Program-made: the position numbers and the translations under genes
Assembly (NCBI GenBank): GCA_002633005.1
Contig: NMRA01000275.1
Location: 472,893 to 536,892 of the forward strand
Length of the DNA stretch: 64,000 nt
Direction: 5' to 3'
Source of the DNA: Phoronis australis
Taxonomy: Eukaryota; Animalia; Phoronida
Shown: positions 46,101 to 56,799 of the stretch, one piece after another
Numbering within the stretch: the first letter of the stretch is position 1
How the letters are laid out: every line of letters starts with the position of its first letter
Notes under the pieces: model-generated
What the model was told of the DNA's origin: nothing
The model's database searches: none
Seen by the model: only the letters and a program-made list of their open reading frames with translations

Positions 46101-48344
46101 TGAAAAAGATTTGTAATTCAGTTTCATAAGAATAACGGTATTTGACATTAATTTGAAATATATAATTATATGAAATTTATCTAAAATAGGGAATGAATTT
46201 ATATGGTGATATCATGTTACTAACTGCTAAATGTAAATTTTCCTGTTTTCCAGGCTTGATCTGTATGTTACTTTACTACAGATTTTGTCACCCAAGCACG
46301 GACACTAAAACAAAGGTATGTTCCATCACGTTCACCTGTGAATCCAGTCCATGTATTGGTCAATGGTCCAATTATATGGTCATTGTTTGACATTTTTATA
46401 TCGTTTTTAACTTTCTAAATCAGTGTTTATTACAAACAAAATCTTGGTGTTGAAATGCTATGAATAGCGTTTTTCTGTCAAAAACAACTCTTGTAACCAA
46501 TCAGTTGTTTTTGAATTGTGACACCTGTTACCTGTAATTGCAGAGTGGAAATAGGTTTATGTAAGACCTTCAGAAATGTCCAAATTTAGATAGCTTCAGA
46601 ACAATCGCATCTCAGAAACTGCTCATCAAATTCACACAGAATTTTAACATACCATGCTTTGTGCAATGTTCTCGAAAATGGAATAGTTTTTAGGGGCTAT
46701 CAAAAACAGGTCTTTTATGATTTTTATGAAAGAATTAGATTGGCCCAAGATAAAAGTGAATCATAGATTAGAAAGCTGGAACAGCGTTTTGAGATTTTAT
46801 CTGAAATATTAAATATAAAAAATTTACCTATTTTCTGGATACTGTTGTTCTCTATGAATGCACTTTTCTTCTTCATCAATTTTTCTAAACAAAAATGGTC
46901 ACATGACCGAATTAATGGCAATTAATTCTACAGAATTTCAACTTTCAAAAGGTATTTTTACTGTCAAAATCTATTAGTTTTTAAAGATTTTTGACAGACT
47001 TGTCGATAAGGTCAGGTACATAACCTTAATTTGCTTTTTACGAATTGTGTTTAGGGATGTTACGTATCAAAACATGAGTGTTAATTACAGATGTTTCAGA
47101 TATGTATTTATAAAAGGGAAATGCAACTGTTTTTGGTTTTAGCTTTACTTAAAATAAAAATCCCTGAATATCATAAAGAGATATTTTTAGGTATTAATTG
47201 CTGTTTCTCTGGACTTGTGCTATCGTGAGTCAGTCAATGGATTCAAATATTGGGCCATATACATCATTTTTCTACTGTTCTGTATGGAATTGCAAAGGGC
47301 CAGGGAAAAGTAATTATCCCTGAAAAATATATCTCCACAATAATCATTTATTTTTATTTTATGTAACAGTAACTTCAGGAACGTTTCCCCTTAAACTCAT
47401 GCATACATTATTTTCAGACTGGTCATGAAAGCGTTTACGTAGCCAGGGCATACTACCATGTGTGGCACAACGCCACCTCTGAGGATTATGGAACGGAATT
47501 GTTTGAGTTGGAGGATCGAACACAGATGAATAATGTCGTGTGTGAAGACTATCTAGAACCTACTTGTCACGGCAACCCAGATATGCTTGACTGCGATTCT
47601 ATCGACTTGTCTTTACATCACACTAATTATAGTCTTACAACTACTCCGTTGTTGAGAAAATTTTTACAGTCGAGGCTGAAACCAAGTTCCAGCAGAGACG
47701 ACTGCAGTGACACAGAAAAGTGTTTGCCATTGGAGGAAGTAGATGGCGCTGTAGGTGGAAGTGAGGAGGGCAGCCATATTGAACATGCCGTGTGTGTTAG
47801 TAATTGTGATGATCAATTAGATGACAAAAGGACAGAGTACTGCAATACGGATAATGAGAGCACATATTCTGAAGACATTTTAGAAATGAAATTGAAGTGC
47901 AACCCCAGTTACACAGCAGAAGTTCATGACTGTAAACCACATTATTTCCAGCTCGAAAATGAAAGACTAATTCCCACCATGGATTTGGGAGAACTGTTAA
48001 CATTAGGGACAGACACTTCCAATGAGTTGCATAGTAGCAGCACTGAACTGAACTCAAGCTTCCTCAGTATTCCTACAAGTGATCACCAGAAAACGAGCTC
48101 AGAAGATTTGCAACATGCGAGTGATTGTAGTCGTGACATTAATGACTATGCCAGTTTTCTTGAAAAATCTTTACCACTAGATGGCTCTGAGTCAAGTGGT
48201 GAAAATACTCACTCAGAATCAGGGGCATCAGGAATACATGTGTCACTGACGTCCAATGCAATGTTTGAAGAACATTCTTCTATTGATTCAGTCTTGGATG
48301 ACANAAGAGTTGAATGGAGAATCTGCCAGGTTAGCATTTGCTAA
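18973..48344 (+). CDS. XK-related protein (XKR4/6/7-like phospholipid scramblase family), ~681 aa, 7 coding exons
   Basis: Exons 18973-19159, 34529-34715, 43038-43228, 43916-44125, 45372-45653, 46254-46315, 47418-48344 join in frame. XK-family motifs FVADLLTDIFVA..Y, HILLLGPLLRY, LRLFESFLESAPQVLLQLY, SLLSLAWS, WRLFMLTSR, FSFFN, ENTVLLVAW, LLYYRFCHP, then a long acidic Ser-rich tail. N at 48304 makes the last ~13 codons uncertain. Confidence 0.92.
20524..20654. repeat. ~130-bp palindrome (mini-MITE)
   Basis: GGTAATAGTTGGA..TGGGTTCCTGATTT / AAATCAGGGACCCA..TCCGACTATTACC with a perfect central 13-bp stem at 20581-20607. Confidence 0.7.
23287..23530 (+). mobile_element. Tc1/mariner-type MITE, degenerate; family shared with 55261-55508
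   Basis: TTTGGGACACAAT...TGAA.TTTCGT...AATTTCTCAAC is shared; right end GAATTTTTTT..TACTGTA. Confidence 0.55.
25653..26390. mobile_element. GC-richer DNA-transposon-like debris, truncated at N 26391
   Basis: Short subrepeats (AAAACCAG / TGGCCGG) at 25653-26010, then TA|CGGTAAAGTCGCGTGATTTTCGGAC, a mariner-like terminus with an internal repeat CGCGACTTTCGGAC. Confidence 0.45.
28070..28570. mobile_element. PIF/Harbinger-like MITE (501 bp)
   Basis: TIRs AGGGCCTTTCATACT / AATATGAAAGGGCCT; 3-bp ATT duplication at 28067-69 and 28571-73; internal CAGTATGAA repeats. Confidence 0.7.
31179..31616. mobile_element. Palindromic TA-flanked MITE (Tc1/mariner-type), copy 1
   Basis: TA|CCTAAACTACACGG...CCGTGTAGTTTAAGG|TA; ~200-bp arms built from CACGGACTCA subrepeats. 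Confidence 0.85.
34529..34715 (+). CDS. XKR exon 2
   Basis: tttcAG|DIFVAGYYF...HILLLGPLL(R)|GTgggt. Confidence 0.92.
38640..39077. mobile_element. Palindromic TA-flanked MITE, copy 2 (spacer inverted relative to copy 1)
   Basis: TA|CCTAAACTGCACGG...CCGTGTAGTTTAGG|TA; centre CAGCTGACCCAGGAAG is the reverse complement of the copy-1 centre. Confidence 0.85.
39601..40400 (-). mobile_element. 5'-truncated, degenerate L2/CR1-group LINE (3' end of ORF2)
   Basis: RVALARFRCSVHSLMIVQGRF...R.RPCC....ETELHFLLECNLYSDLR matches the C-terminal Cys/His motif of CR1/L2-group ORF2; stops and frameshifts upstream. Confidence 0.8.
40677..41244. mobile_element. TA-flanked MITE with ~130-bp inverted arms
   Basis: TA|CGGAAAGCCAAAGCGGAAAAAATTCCAGGACACAAATTTTCTATTCAA vs TTGAATAGAAAATTTGTGTCCTGGAATTTTTTCCACTTTGGCTTTCC; internal AAAATTTCTTGCCAG subrepeats. 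Confidence 0.8.
41365..41446. repeat. 26-bp tandem repeat x3
   Basis: ATTTGTTCATTGAAGTAAGCAGTACA, identical copies. Confidence 0.9.
43038..43228 (+). CDS. XKR exon 3
   Basis: ttccAG|YLLVL...LFESFLESAPQVLLQLY...WMT|GTaagt. Confidence 0.94.
43381..43438. repeat. (GT)n-type microsatellite
   Basis: GTGTGTGGGTGC repeats. Confidence 0.85.
43916..44125 (+). CDS. XKR exon 4
   Basis: tgtAG|SCSAVISLLSLAWSV...WRLFMLTSRII...FLVL(G)|GTacgt. Confidence 0.93.
44889..45007. repeat. Inverted repeat with 39-bp arms (6 differences)
   Basis: 44889-44927 vs reverse complement of 44969-45007. Confidence 0.75.
45372..45653 (+). CDS. XKR exon 5
   Basis: cacAG|GIHWAAMFVW...QKTDFC...ENTVLL...SFVL(G)|GTgggt. Confidence 0.93.
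46254..46315 (+). CDS. XKR exon 6
   Basis: ttccAG|GLICMLLYYRFCHPSTDTKTK|GTatgt. Confidence 0.9.
46690..47029. mobile_element. TTAA-bounded (Kolobok-like) non-autonomous element; inverted relatives at 58312-58637 and 59293-59623
   Basis: Ends TAGGGGCT..CTTTTATGATTT and AACC|TTAA match the reverse complement of TTAA|GGTTAC...AAATCATAAAAG..AGCCCC|TTAA; shared internal GGT(C/T)AC(A/G)TGACC and AATAGATTTT. Confidence 0.5.
47418..48344 (+). CDS. XKR exon 7 (acidic, Ser-rich cytoplasmic tail)
   Basis: tttcAG at 47416-47417, phase 0, in frame with the 294-aa ORF 47460-48344; contains N at 48304. Confidence 0.78.
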   Translation, partial: TGHESVYVARAYYHVWHNATSEDYGTELFELEDRTQMNNVVCEDYLEPTCHGNPDMLDCDSIDLSLHHTNYSLTTTPLLRKFLQSRLKPSSSRDDCSDTEKCLPLEEVDGAVGGSEEGSHIEHAVCVSNCDDQLDDKRTEYCNTDNESTYSEDILEMKLKCNPSYTAEVHDCKPHYFQLENERLIPTMDLGELLTLGTDTSNELHSSSTELNSSFLSIPTSDHQKTSSEDLQHASDCSRDINDYASFLEKSLPLDGSESSGENTHSESGASGIHVSLTSNAMFEEHSSIDSVLDDXRVEWRICQVSIC

Positions 48345-51131
48345 AGACTTGTATCGAACGCAGCAGAACAATTATGTTTTTATTTAGTTATGTTATACTA
48401 TTATACTATAAGTTATACTTTACCGCTGATTTTGAATTTGTATCTTTCTCAATGATACTTTTATAAACATTTTTGTTATCTTGGTGAAATAGAACTCAGT
48501 GACCAGACTCATAAGGTTGAACATCTAAATTCCGTGGTTGGACTCTGTTAAATTGTGCAATCTGAGTCCAAGTTCTGAGGTTGGAGATCAAAACACTAGG
48601 CTGGACTCTCATATCATGGCTTCGCCCTTTTAAAAACTGAAGTTAGGGATGAGACACTGTGACATGGGGAGACTACACCACTCCACCCAGGTAGTAAATT
48701 GAAAGTTCTGAAGAAAAACATGTTGGTGGTGTGTTAATGAATGGACATTCGTGACAGAAATTACAAGTTATTTGAAGGTGTTTTGCAATCGTGTTATCAT
48801 AAATCATGTCCTTTTTATACATTGGCATGTTATACTGCTCATGAGTTATTACCCACAATCCATCTGAGTGACTTGAAGTGAGTTATTAAGCAACTCATGT
48901 CAGGTCAGCTATGGACTTTGTGAGCCAGCTATTTTCTTGGAACCTTTACCTACAAGGTTGTCTAAGGTGTATCTTATTACTGTATATTATGCAGCGATAT
49001 GTTATTATTATATTCTTTATTCCCCTTACAGCAGGTTTGCTATGTAAAAGAATATAATGCAAATTATGTTTTGAGCTTGTTATTATTAACTGGCTTCATC
49101 ACAACTGAGATTTTTGTATTGAACCAATAGTGATTTGTGAATTAAAATATGTCTCATACAATGTACAATTATCATGGCTTCTTAAGAGGAGTAGTTTTTA
49201 CTTTAAAAAGGGACATATATCAAGCTGCAGAAAAATACTTGATAATGTCGTAGCGAAATAAGTATTAGAAATAAGTATTTTTTTAGTTCAAGACCTTATT
49301 TTTGTTGAAGCCCCATACATCACCATCGTTGTTTTTGTTCACATTTTAGGGTGGAACCCTTGCTTTTGGCTCTTTTAATACATCGGCATTAATTTATAAT
49401 TGATAATTACACTTAATAAAGTTGTGGATCGGATGGAGTTCACTGTTTGGTTCGACAGGACGATTTGCCACGCCAAGCTCAATTTAATTAAATGTGAAGT
49501 TTGTGACTTTGCCTTCACCAGATTGGAGCTACATACGACTAAACTATAAGGTCATTTGTCCATGTAGTGGTCACTTATTGAAATAAGTTATGTTGCGAGA
49601 TCAGCGATCACGTTTTTGTAGAACAAGGATTCAACATTAGTTAGATTTCATACAATATAAGCTGAATTTTAAGCCGTATGACTTTTTGTGTTTTGCGATT
49701 CTTTTTGAGAATTTTGTCATAAAATAAAACAACGCTGTGCAATGGGATGTTTTAATGACGTGTACAAAAAAGCCAGCATCGTGAACTGTTCATGGATGAA
49801 AAAAATATGATCTAGCTTAGGGACACGGCAGCGCTATCTTCAAAACATTTTATTTTGATTTTATAAAATAGACATTTGGCATTTCTAATTTTACAAATGA
49901 AGTGTCAAGTTCTTTGATTGCATTTTGGCTACATTCATTTCCAAAAGTTTGATTTATTCCGTTTTATCGTGACAATTTTGACTTGAACTATGATAAAAAT
50001 TCACTAATTTGGGACTGTTCACAGTAAAAAATTATTTGGCTCAAGGTCAGAACTTGTGCAAAATTCTAAAAATAGACTATATTGGCTGTCCCGAATTCAA
50101 GAATTATCAGAAAAAAGGCGTTATTAACAACCATATAGATTGCAAACACATTGTTTGAAATTTGAGAAATATTATGTCTGAATGCTTTAATTGTCCAGAA
50201 CCAAGAAAATTAATTTTTTGCAGGAATTGCCATGTCCCAAATTGGAGAACTTTCATGGTAATGTTTGCTGCTCGTGGCCTCATATTGCTGTTCACTTTGC
50301 TATTTTATGAATTGATGTTATTTCTATGTATTAGACACATTGACTTTTATTTTTGAAGATTACCCAATTCACTTTTTGTACCTATGCAAAGTTGTTACAA
50401 TGTGTTAAACACATAACATATGAGTACTGTTATCTAATACCTGTACCATACCGTAGTTGTATGTTTGTTTGCCGAAATGTTAATGAAGTATATTTATACA
50501 CTTCTTGTGTTCATGCTTTTGGTTTGGGGTTAAGTAGAAACTATTTTGCTTGGTGCACAGAGGGAGTTACACGAAAACAAGGTTCTGATTCAAGTCAAAA
50601 TGAGCAACTGCTTGGCATAGTTTGAGGTTTTATTCACATGACATTGACAGTGGAACACTGCCAATGAAAGCAGCAAAATCAATATCATAACTTGTCACCT
50701 CGTTTTGGACTTGTTTTCAAATTTTAACTTTCAGTACTATTATATAGAAGGCTACCTGTGTGGCATTATTTAGATTTAAGAATTTTTACCCTCAGTCGGG
50801 TTCTTCAAGATCAAAAGTACAGTTTTCCAAATTAGACTACACTTCAGCACATAATGCAATTTTGTTGTAACAAACTATCCTATGAAGGTAGCACATCTAC
50901 TTGGGATGGTCACTACTAGAATGCATTAAAATTCCATTTTTAGGATCAGCACACTTCCATACTTCACAAAAAGTAGTTCCCACAATAACACTACAGACAG
51001 AATGCATAATAAATGCCTACACAGCACAAGCGTGTAATAACCAAATCAGACTGGTGAAAATAGCATGTTACTTGTAGTCAGTCCCCAAGCCCCTCAGATT
51101 GTACGATTTTCAAAGGAAAAATGCCCATATA

Positions 51132-51200
51132 CATGGGCGGCGCAGTACTGAAAAAAAGGGGCTAAAGCCCCCCAACCCCACGTATGGTGCGCCGCCCATA
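51132..51200. mobile_element. Tiny hAT-like MITE (~70 bp)
   Basis: Perfect 12-bp inverted repeat ATGGGCGGCGCA / TGCGCCGCCCAT; flanks CCCATATA and CCCTTATA resemble an 8-bp TSD. Confidence 0.55.
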
Positions 51201-53414
51201 ACCCTTATAATGGCATGCCTAAGGCTTGTTTTGTTTTGTACCTTCAGGGTGCCCTGGACAACCCCTTCCAAAAATCTGCCTCTGCAAGTGAATGTACCAA
51301 GTGATATGCTTACCAAGTTACATGCAGTTTGTTGTCTAGCTAATGTGACACACCAGTCCAGTAATGTGTAGTCATATAATAACACCTGATCAGTAGATCA
51401 AAGCATTGTGTTGTCGTTTGTTCTTGAGAGAATGTTGCGACAAAATAGAGCGATTAAACATAACTGGTTGTTTAGGCCACTAATTCCTCAAATGTAGCAT
51501 TTTACAGACCTCTTGCAAATTTCACGGTCACTAAATGATGAATATCAAAAATTGATACACCAAAACAAAACAAGAATAGAGGGTGTTGGGATGTCATATT
51601 ATGGGAGTCTGTTACCAGGGCCCTGTATCTCGAAGAGACTATTGCCATGATTTCATATTTTGGCTTTTGGCTTTTAGTCTGCTCCTGATCTTGATATATG
51701 GTACTCAGTATTGCTTTTAGAATTATTATATATTGGTTTGAAGATTATGCAATCACAATAGACCAAGACTCAATAGTAAACAATGTAGATTATACCATAT
51801 CAAGTCTAAGATGAAGGTATCTCACTAAACAACTAAAGGAGGTTTACACCAGGCCTGCACAGAGTTCTGTAGTGCAGTGTAGTAAATACAACAAGCATCT
51901 GCTGCTCTATATGGCAATAGTGCAAGGTATGTACAGTAAAAGGCTATACAAGATGGATGCCAAAAATGCATAATTTTTCACGTACTTTAAGCATAGAACA
52001 CTGGATGCAAGGTATGCAGTTTTTCTAAAAGAGTATGCAACACGTGCTAGTGTACGCCACACCTCAGCAGCGTGTTGCAGAACACAACCTTACACAAGAC
52101 CGGTGTAAAACACACTTTACTCCTCAAAAACAACACAGAAACATTTATAAACAATGAAAACAGGACACGGTCTGCGTAGACATTCTTGCTTAAATGACCT
52201 TGCATTGGTAAAACTAATGTTTTAATGAAAAACTTTTCCCAGTTTCAGAATAATATATGGTGTTCTGTAGTTAAGATATTCAACAGATTACAAGTCTTCA
52301 TAGATACCAATAATGTAGTGGCATGTTTTACTACAATGTTGACGATGGGAATTGTTGCCGTTCAGACATCTGTATCACATGCTCTATTCATTTTTGCAGT
52401 TTCCAACAAAAATTCTCTAGTTTCAAATGGTCTCTAAAATTTGGGACACCAGAATTCAAACCACAGTTTGACATTCTCGACTCTGAAAGTTTGGGACACG
52501 TGCACTTTTAGTGCTCATCATATCTAAAATGGCCAATGTTGCCTCTTTCTAAAATTTGGGACAAGCTCCGACCTTGACCAAATTGAATAGTTGTCACTGT
52601 TCCAAACTGGAGAATTTTTATCGTAGCATGCCTTTTTCTATGACAGAGTACAGGTGTGTTGCGCTGCGCATGTCGAGACATTTCGTGGCATTTACTTTTA
52701 ATTTACTTTCTATTCGCATCAATGAAGTGAGTGTTTCTAAGATCAAGATTTGATATATGATCTGTTTAATTTTAACTCTATCGTTTTTACCTTCAGTGAA
52801 GATTGGCATTCTCTAGAACAGAATACCATCAACTAATGAGAGACTGGGAAAAGTTCTGTGTAAACTAACAAACGTCACAAACAGATAATGTCTTGACCAA
52901 ATATGTGAACACAGAACATAAACATAACATGACACAACATAACAAATGCAACATTGGGTGTTCTCAAAATAAAGATACACGCTTTATGCTAAAAGAATAT
53001 ACAAAAAAACTAAATTACACATGGAAATCTAGGAGTTTCACCGGTTAGCTTTGAGCTGATACAGGTGTCATGCATCATGAAGTTACCCTAGATCCCTTAT
53101 CATCATCAAAACGCATCATTTACAGGTACCTAAATACCCATCATAATCACTCCCTGTCACAAAAACATTTAATTAAAATAAACTTGAAGCCAATCCTCAA
53201 CTCTAGACAAAGCGCCTTCTTAAATAACACAACTGCATTTACAAAAACAATGAATTAATCTTCATACACGCCATCTGTTGGTCACATCACAATTATAAAC
53301 AATGATTAATGTTCCATTTATTTAGCTGCCACAAGAAACATCAATATCATTAAGTATGAAAAGCAGGCAAGAAAGTTGCTAAATAACTTTCACCATCAAA
53401 ATATACACAACAGC

Positions 53415-54301
53415 AAAACAGAGCTTTAAAATACGTCCACAAATGCACTGCAAACGGTGTGCTTCTAGGCATATCTATTTGCATCATAAAAATGGCCACT
53501 AGAATGCGCAAAAAACCTTGAATCCATCTGAAAACGTTAACATGACATCGTTCTTTAAAAGAAAGCTATTTATGAAATTTCATAAAAATCCAACAAGGAA
53601 CTTTGGAGAAACAGGGGAAAACAGAAAAAAATGAAACTGTCACTAGGGCTCACAGCGACTGAAAGTCGTGGTCCTTCATTGTCAAATTCATATAAATACA
53701 CATGCTAAATTTAATAAAGATCCTGCAAAGGGGCTTAGGAGATACATCCATGGGCACAAAAAAAAACAAAAAAACTGTCACTAGAAGGTGCTGTGCCAGA
53801 GTACTAGAAGTCGTCGGAAAATCATTGTCAACCATCCTTTTCACACTAAGAACATATATGCCAATTTTCATAATCATCCTTAGAGTGGTATGGTTGATAG
53901 AGGGGTGGACGCCAAAAAACAGAGTCAAAAACAGAAAAAAATGGCCACTAGGTGGCGCACAATACCTCAAATTCATCTGAAAACTGGAAGTGTTAACTCA
54001 CTAATTAATGCCTATGTGCCAAATTTCATGACAATCCACCGAGGACCTTTAAAGACACAGAGGTAATCATTAAAAACTAAAATTGCCACTAAGGGGGCAC
54101 ACCAGAATTCGGATCTGTCCAAAATTCGTTGTCATCCGTTGTCAGCTTTGCAGGAACGTATCTCCCAAGTCTTATCAAGATCCTGTGACAGGTTTGGGAG
54201 ATACAGCTGCGAATGCCAGACGACAGACGCCCAGACACTAGACGCTCAGACAGAGATGACAGCAATATGCACCCAAATATAAATATGTGGGTGCATAAAA
54301 A
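53415..54301 (+). mobile_element. Second, shorter copy of the same HINE-like family
   Basis: Same 5' end (CCACAAATGCACTGCAAACGG), ~5 monomers, CAGAC microsatellite, terminal hairpin ATGCACCCA...TGGGTGCAT plus AAAAA. Confidence 0.75.
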
Positions 54302-55260
54302 GGCATTTAATACAGATTAAGCTTCAGTGCATAATTTACGCCAGACTCAGCATCTGGAAGGAACTGATAGTGCAACATTTACATATGAAATACATTACAA
54401 AATAAATCTGACTTCATTGGAAAGTTCTTGGTTATGCAGTTAGGTGGCACTGTGAGTCAATGTATAGAAACAAGTAAATAATTATTCATTAAATGCAAAA
54501 CCATCAAAAAGACAACCAGATGAAATGTTTAAGTTTCAATGAAAAGTATTTAGTTGCGGGATTCTAAAGACAAGATAACGTCTAAGGAAGTGGGACTGTG
54601 TACCTTATGCATAATATAAAAGATATCATTAAAAATACAAATCCGCACACATATACATACTGCCTACATCTAAATCACCTGGAAAGGTTCAGGCTTACAC
54701 TATACAAACTGCCACACAGAACTTTCTGCACGTTTTTTGACTAGAACTTCAGTTTCACAGTGGCCAGTCAGACATTGAAAACAAACAACAAAAAGAACAT
54801 TGAATTTGACACACTTAAAGTTCCCACAATCTTGAATTTCCTGGTAACAGTCAATGGAAATGTATGACCACTGGTGGTAATTTTAAAAGTCCACAGCTGT
54901 AAGTATGGGCAGAATTTCTGAAAGACATGCTAGCACGATTACTCCTGCTGAGTCAAGCGCACTTCACAAAAACAAAAACACTGCACTGAAACACTGCTGT
55001 CAGTGCAAACATCAACTGAACTCAAATATCTAAATAGTTCTTTGAAACAATTGAAATGCATCTTTGAACTGCCCACATGCAATACAGCACAAAAGCACTC
55101 AATACACTGTACAGCATTCCCACAGTCATCAAGCTGTAACTACAACACTTGTCTGAACCTATTCTTAACGCCATAGGCAATAAATACTACTCATTAATAT
55201 ACTCTTGAATAAAATATCGTGACCATGTGGATACAATGCCTAAAACAATCAAAATCTGCT

Positions 55261-55508
55261 TACAGTAAAAATCCTTCCATTTGGGACACAATATGCTGAA
55301 CAGGTGAAATTTCGTTCAGTCAAATTTCTCAACAAAAATATCTTTTCAGGGGAATTTAATTTTCTTTTACAATGGTTTTATAGCATAGCTGTACCAAACA
55401 TTTAGTATTTTTTTAACATTTGCACTAACATGGCAAGCCTCTGATAAATAGAAATTACAGAAACATTGTTTCTATTACTTTTGTGCCAAATTGAAGAATT
55501 TTTACTGC
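55261..55508 (+). mobile_element. Tc1/mariner-type MITE
   Basis: TA|CAGTAAAAAT ... ATTTTTACTG terminal inverted repeat; homologous to 23287-23530. Confidence 0.6.
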
Positions 55509-56615
55509 AGCACGTGGTCACAACATACAGAAGCTACCAGAGATGACAACTTAACAGTTGTCTAAAAATTTTAAAGTACACCTGCTTTTTATTACAAAAA
55601 ATGATTTAGACCCCCTACTATTATGAAATTTGTCTAAAATTGTTGCTTGGTCAAACCGGAGGTGATTTCAGGGCTACCAAAGAACTGACATTTCGTTATT
55701 GCTTGAGATTGAGCTCTACAAGTTGGCTCGTCACTTTGTTTTTCATTTGTACGCCGAACATGGACTCAACAAATAAGTAATTGCAGAGCAGACTTTTCAT
55801 ACTGGCGTTCTCTGGAATAACAAAAGTGCGAAAATGACTTACACTTCATCCCAACTCAGATTTGGTGGACAGAAATTCAATAACTACATTGTTATTCATT
55901 AACTCAAAACCATAGTAATAAATTTCATTGTCAGACACTCCAGCTTTTGATTAGGTTACATTCACTAATTTATTTGAGGTTTTTGACATCAGCTGGGATT
56001 AAAATTATCTCGCTTTATCAGTCGCAGAGACGGATTATCTTTCGTAGTAGAAAGTGTATGGAACGTGATGTCCTTCATCCATGGATTTTTCAAGGAATTT
56101 GCCTTTTTCCGCAAGCCATTGGAACACCCCACTGCGCAGCAGTGGAAATTTTCCGACATTATGACAGCTGAAAAGGCGTTAAATCCTGATTATGCCAACA
56201 GGTTGAAACCTCGCCTCCGCATTATATGGGATCTGTAGGTGGTGGTAATGCCTATCCACCAAAGACCTGATCGCCGTCTGGTGCGACAGTAAATTTCAAA
56301 ATGGAGCGGCTATTTTGAAAATCAGCAATTCTGTAACAGTGAGGTAAATCAAAACTTTGCTTCTTGGGAGGAATGAAGATTTATAGGCAGTCTCCTCATA
56401 ACTTTGGCCAGAAATATTCCCTCATAAATGTTGAAGATTTTTGTTTCCATCATCAGGGCATTTCTGTTGAACATCAATGAAGTTCAAATTTAAGTTACTT
56501 CCAAACACCTGTCACAATCCACAATAATCCCCATTCTTAGTGTTAATTTTTGATTGCAGTTTAGGTCTCACTCAACTAGGTCTGTTATTGGCCTGCGTTA
56601 CTATTACTCAACTCT

Positions 56616-56799
56616 TCAGTCTGAATCGCTTCGGCTGTCTTGCACAAATCCTGTGACGGGAACACCATCTAACGACACAGTCCGCAAGGCATCTTCTTCA
56701 AATATTTCCAATGTTGCTGTGGCACCGTCATTAAACTTGAACGCCGCTCCACCATCAATGACAAGGCAGGCATCCCACATGCGTGATTTGAGAGTCACC
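56616..56799 (-). CDS. NADK2: NADK2 terminal coding exon
   Basis: tttcAG|VTLKSRMWDACLVIDGG...EDALRTVSLD...SDSD*. Confidence 0.93.
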
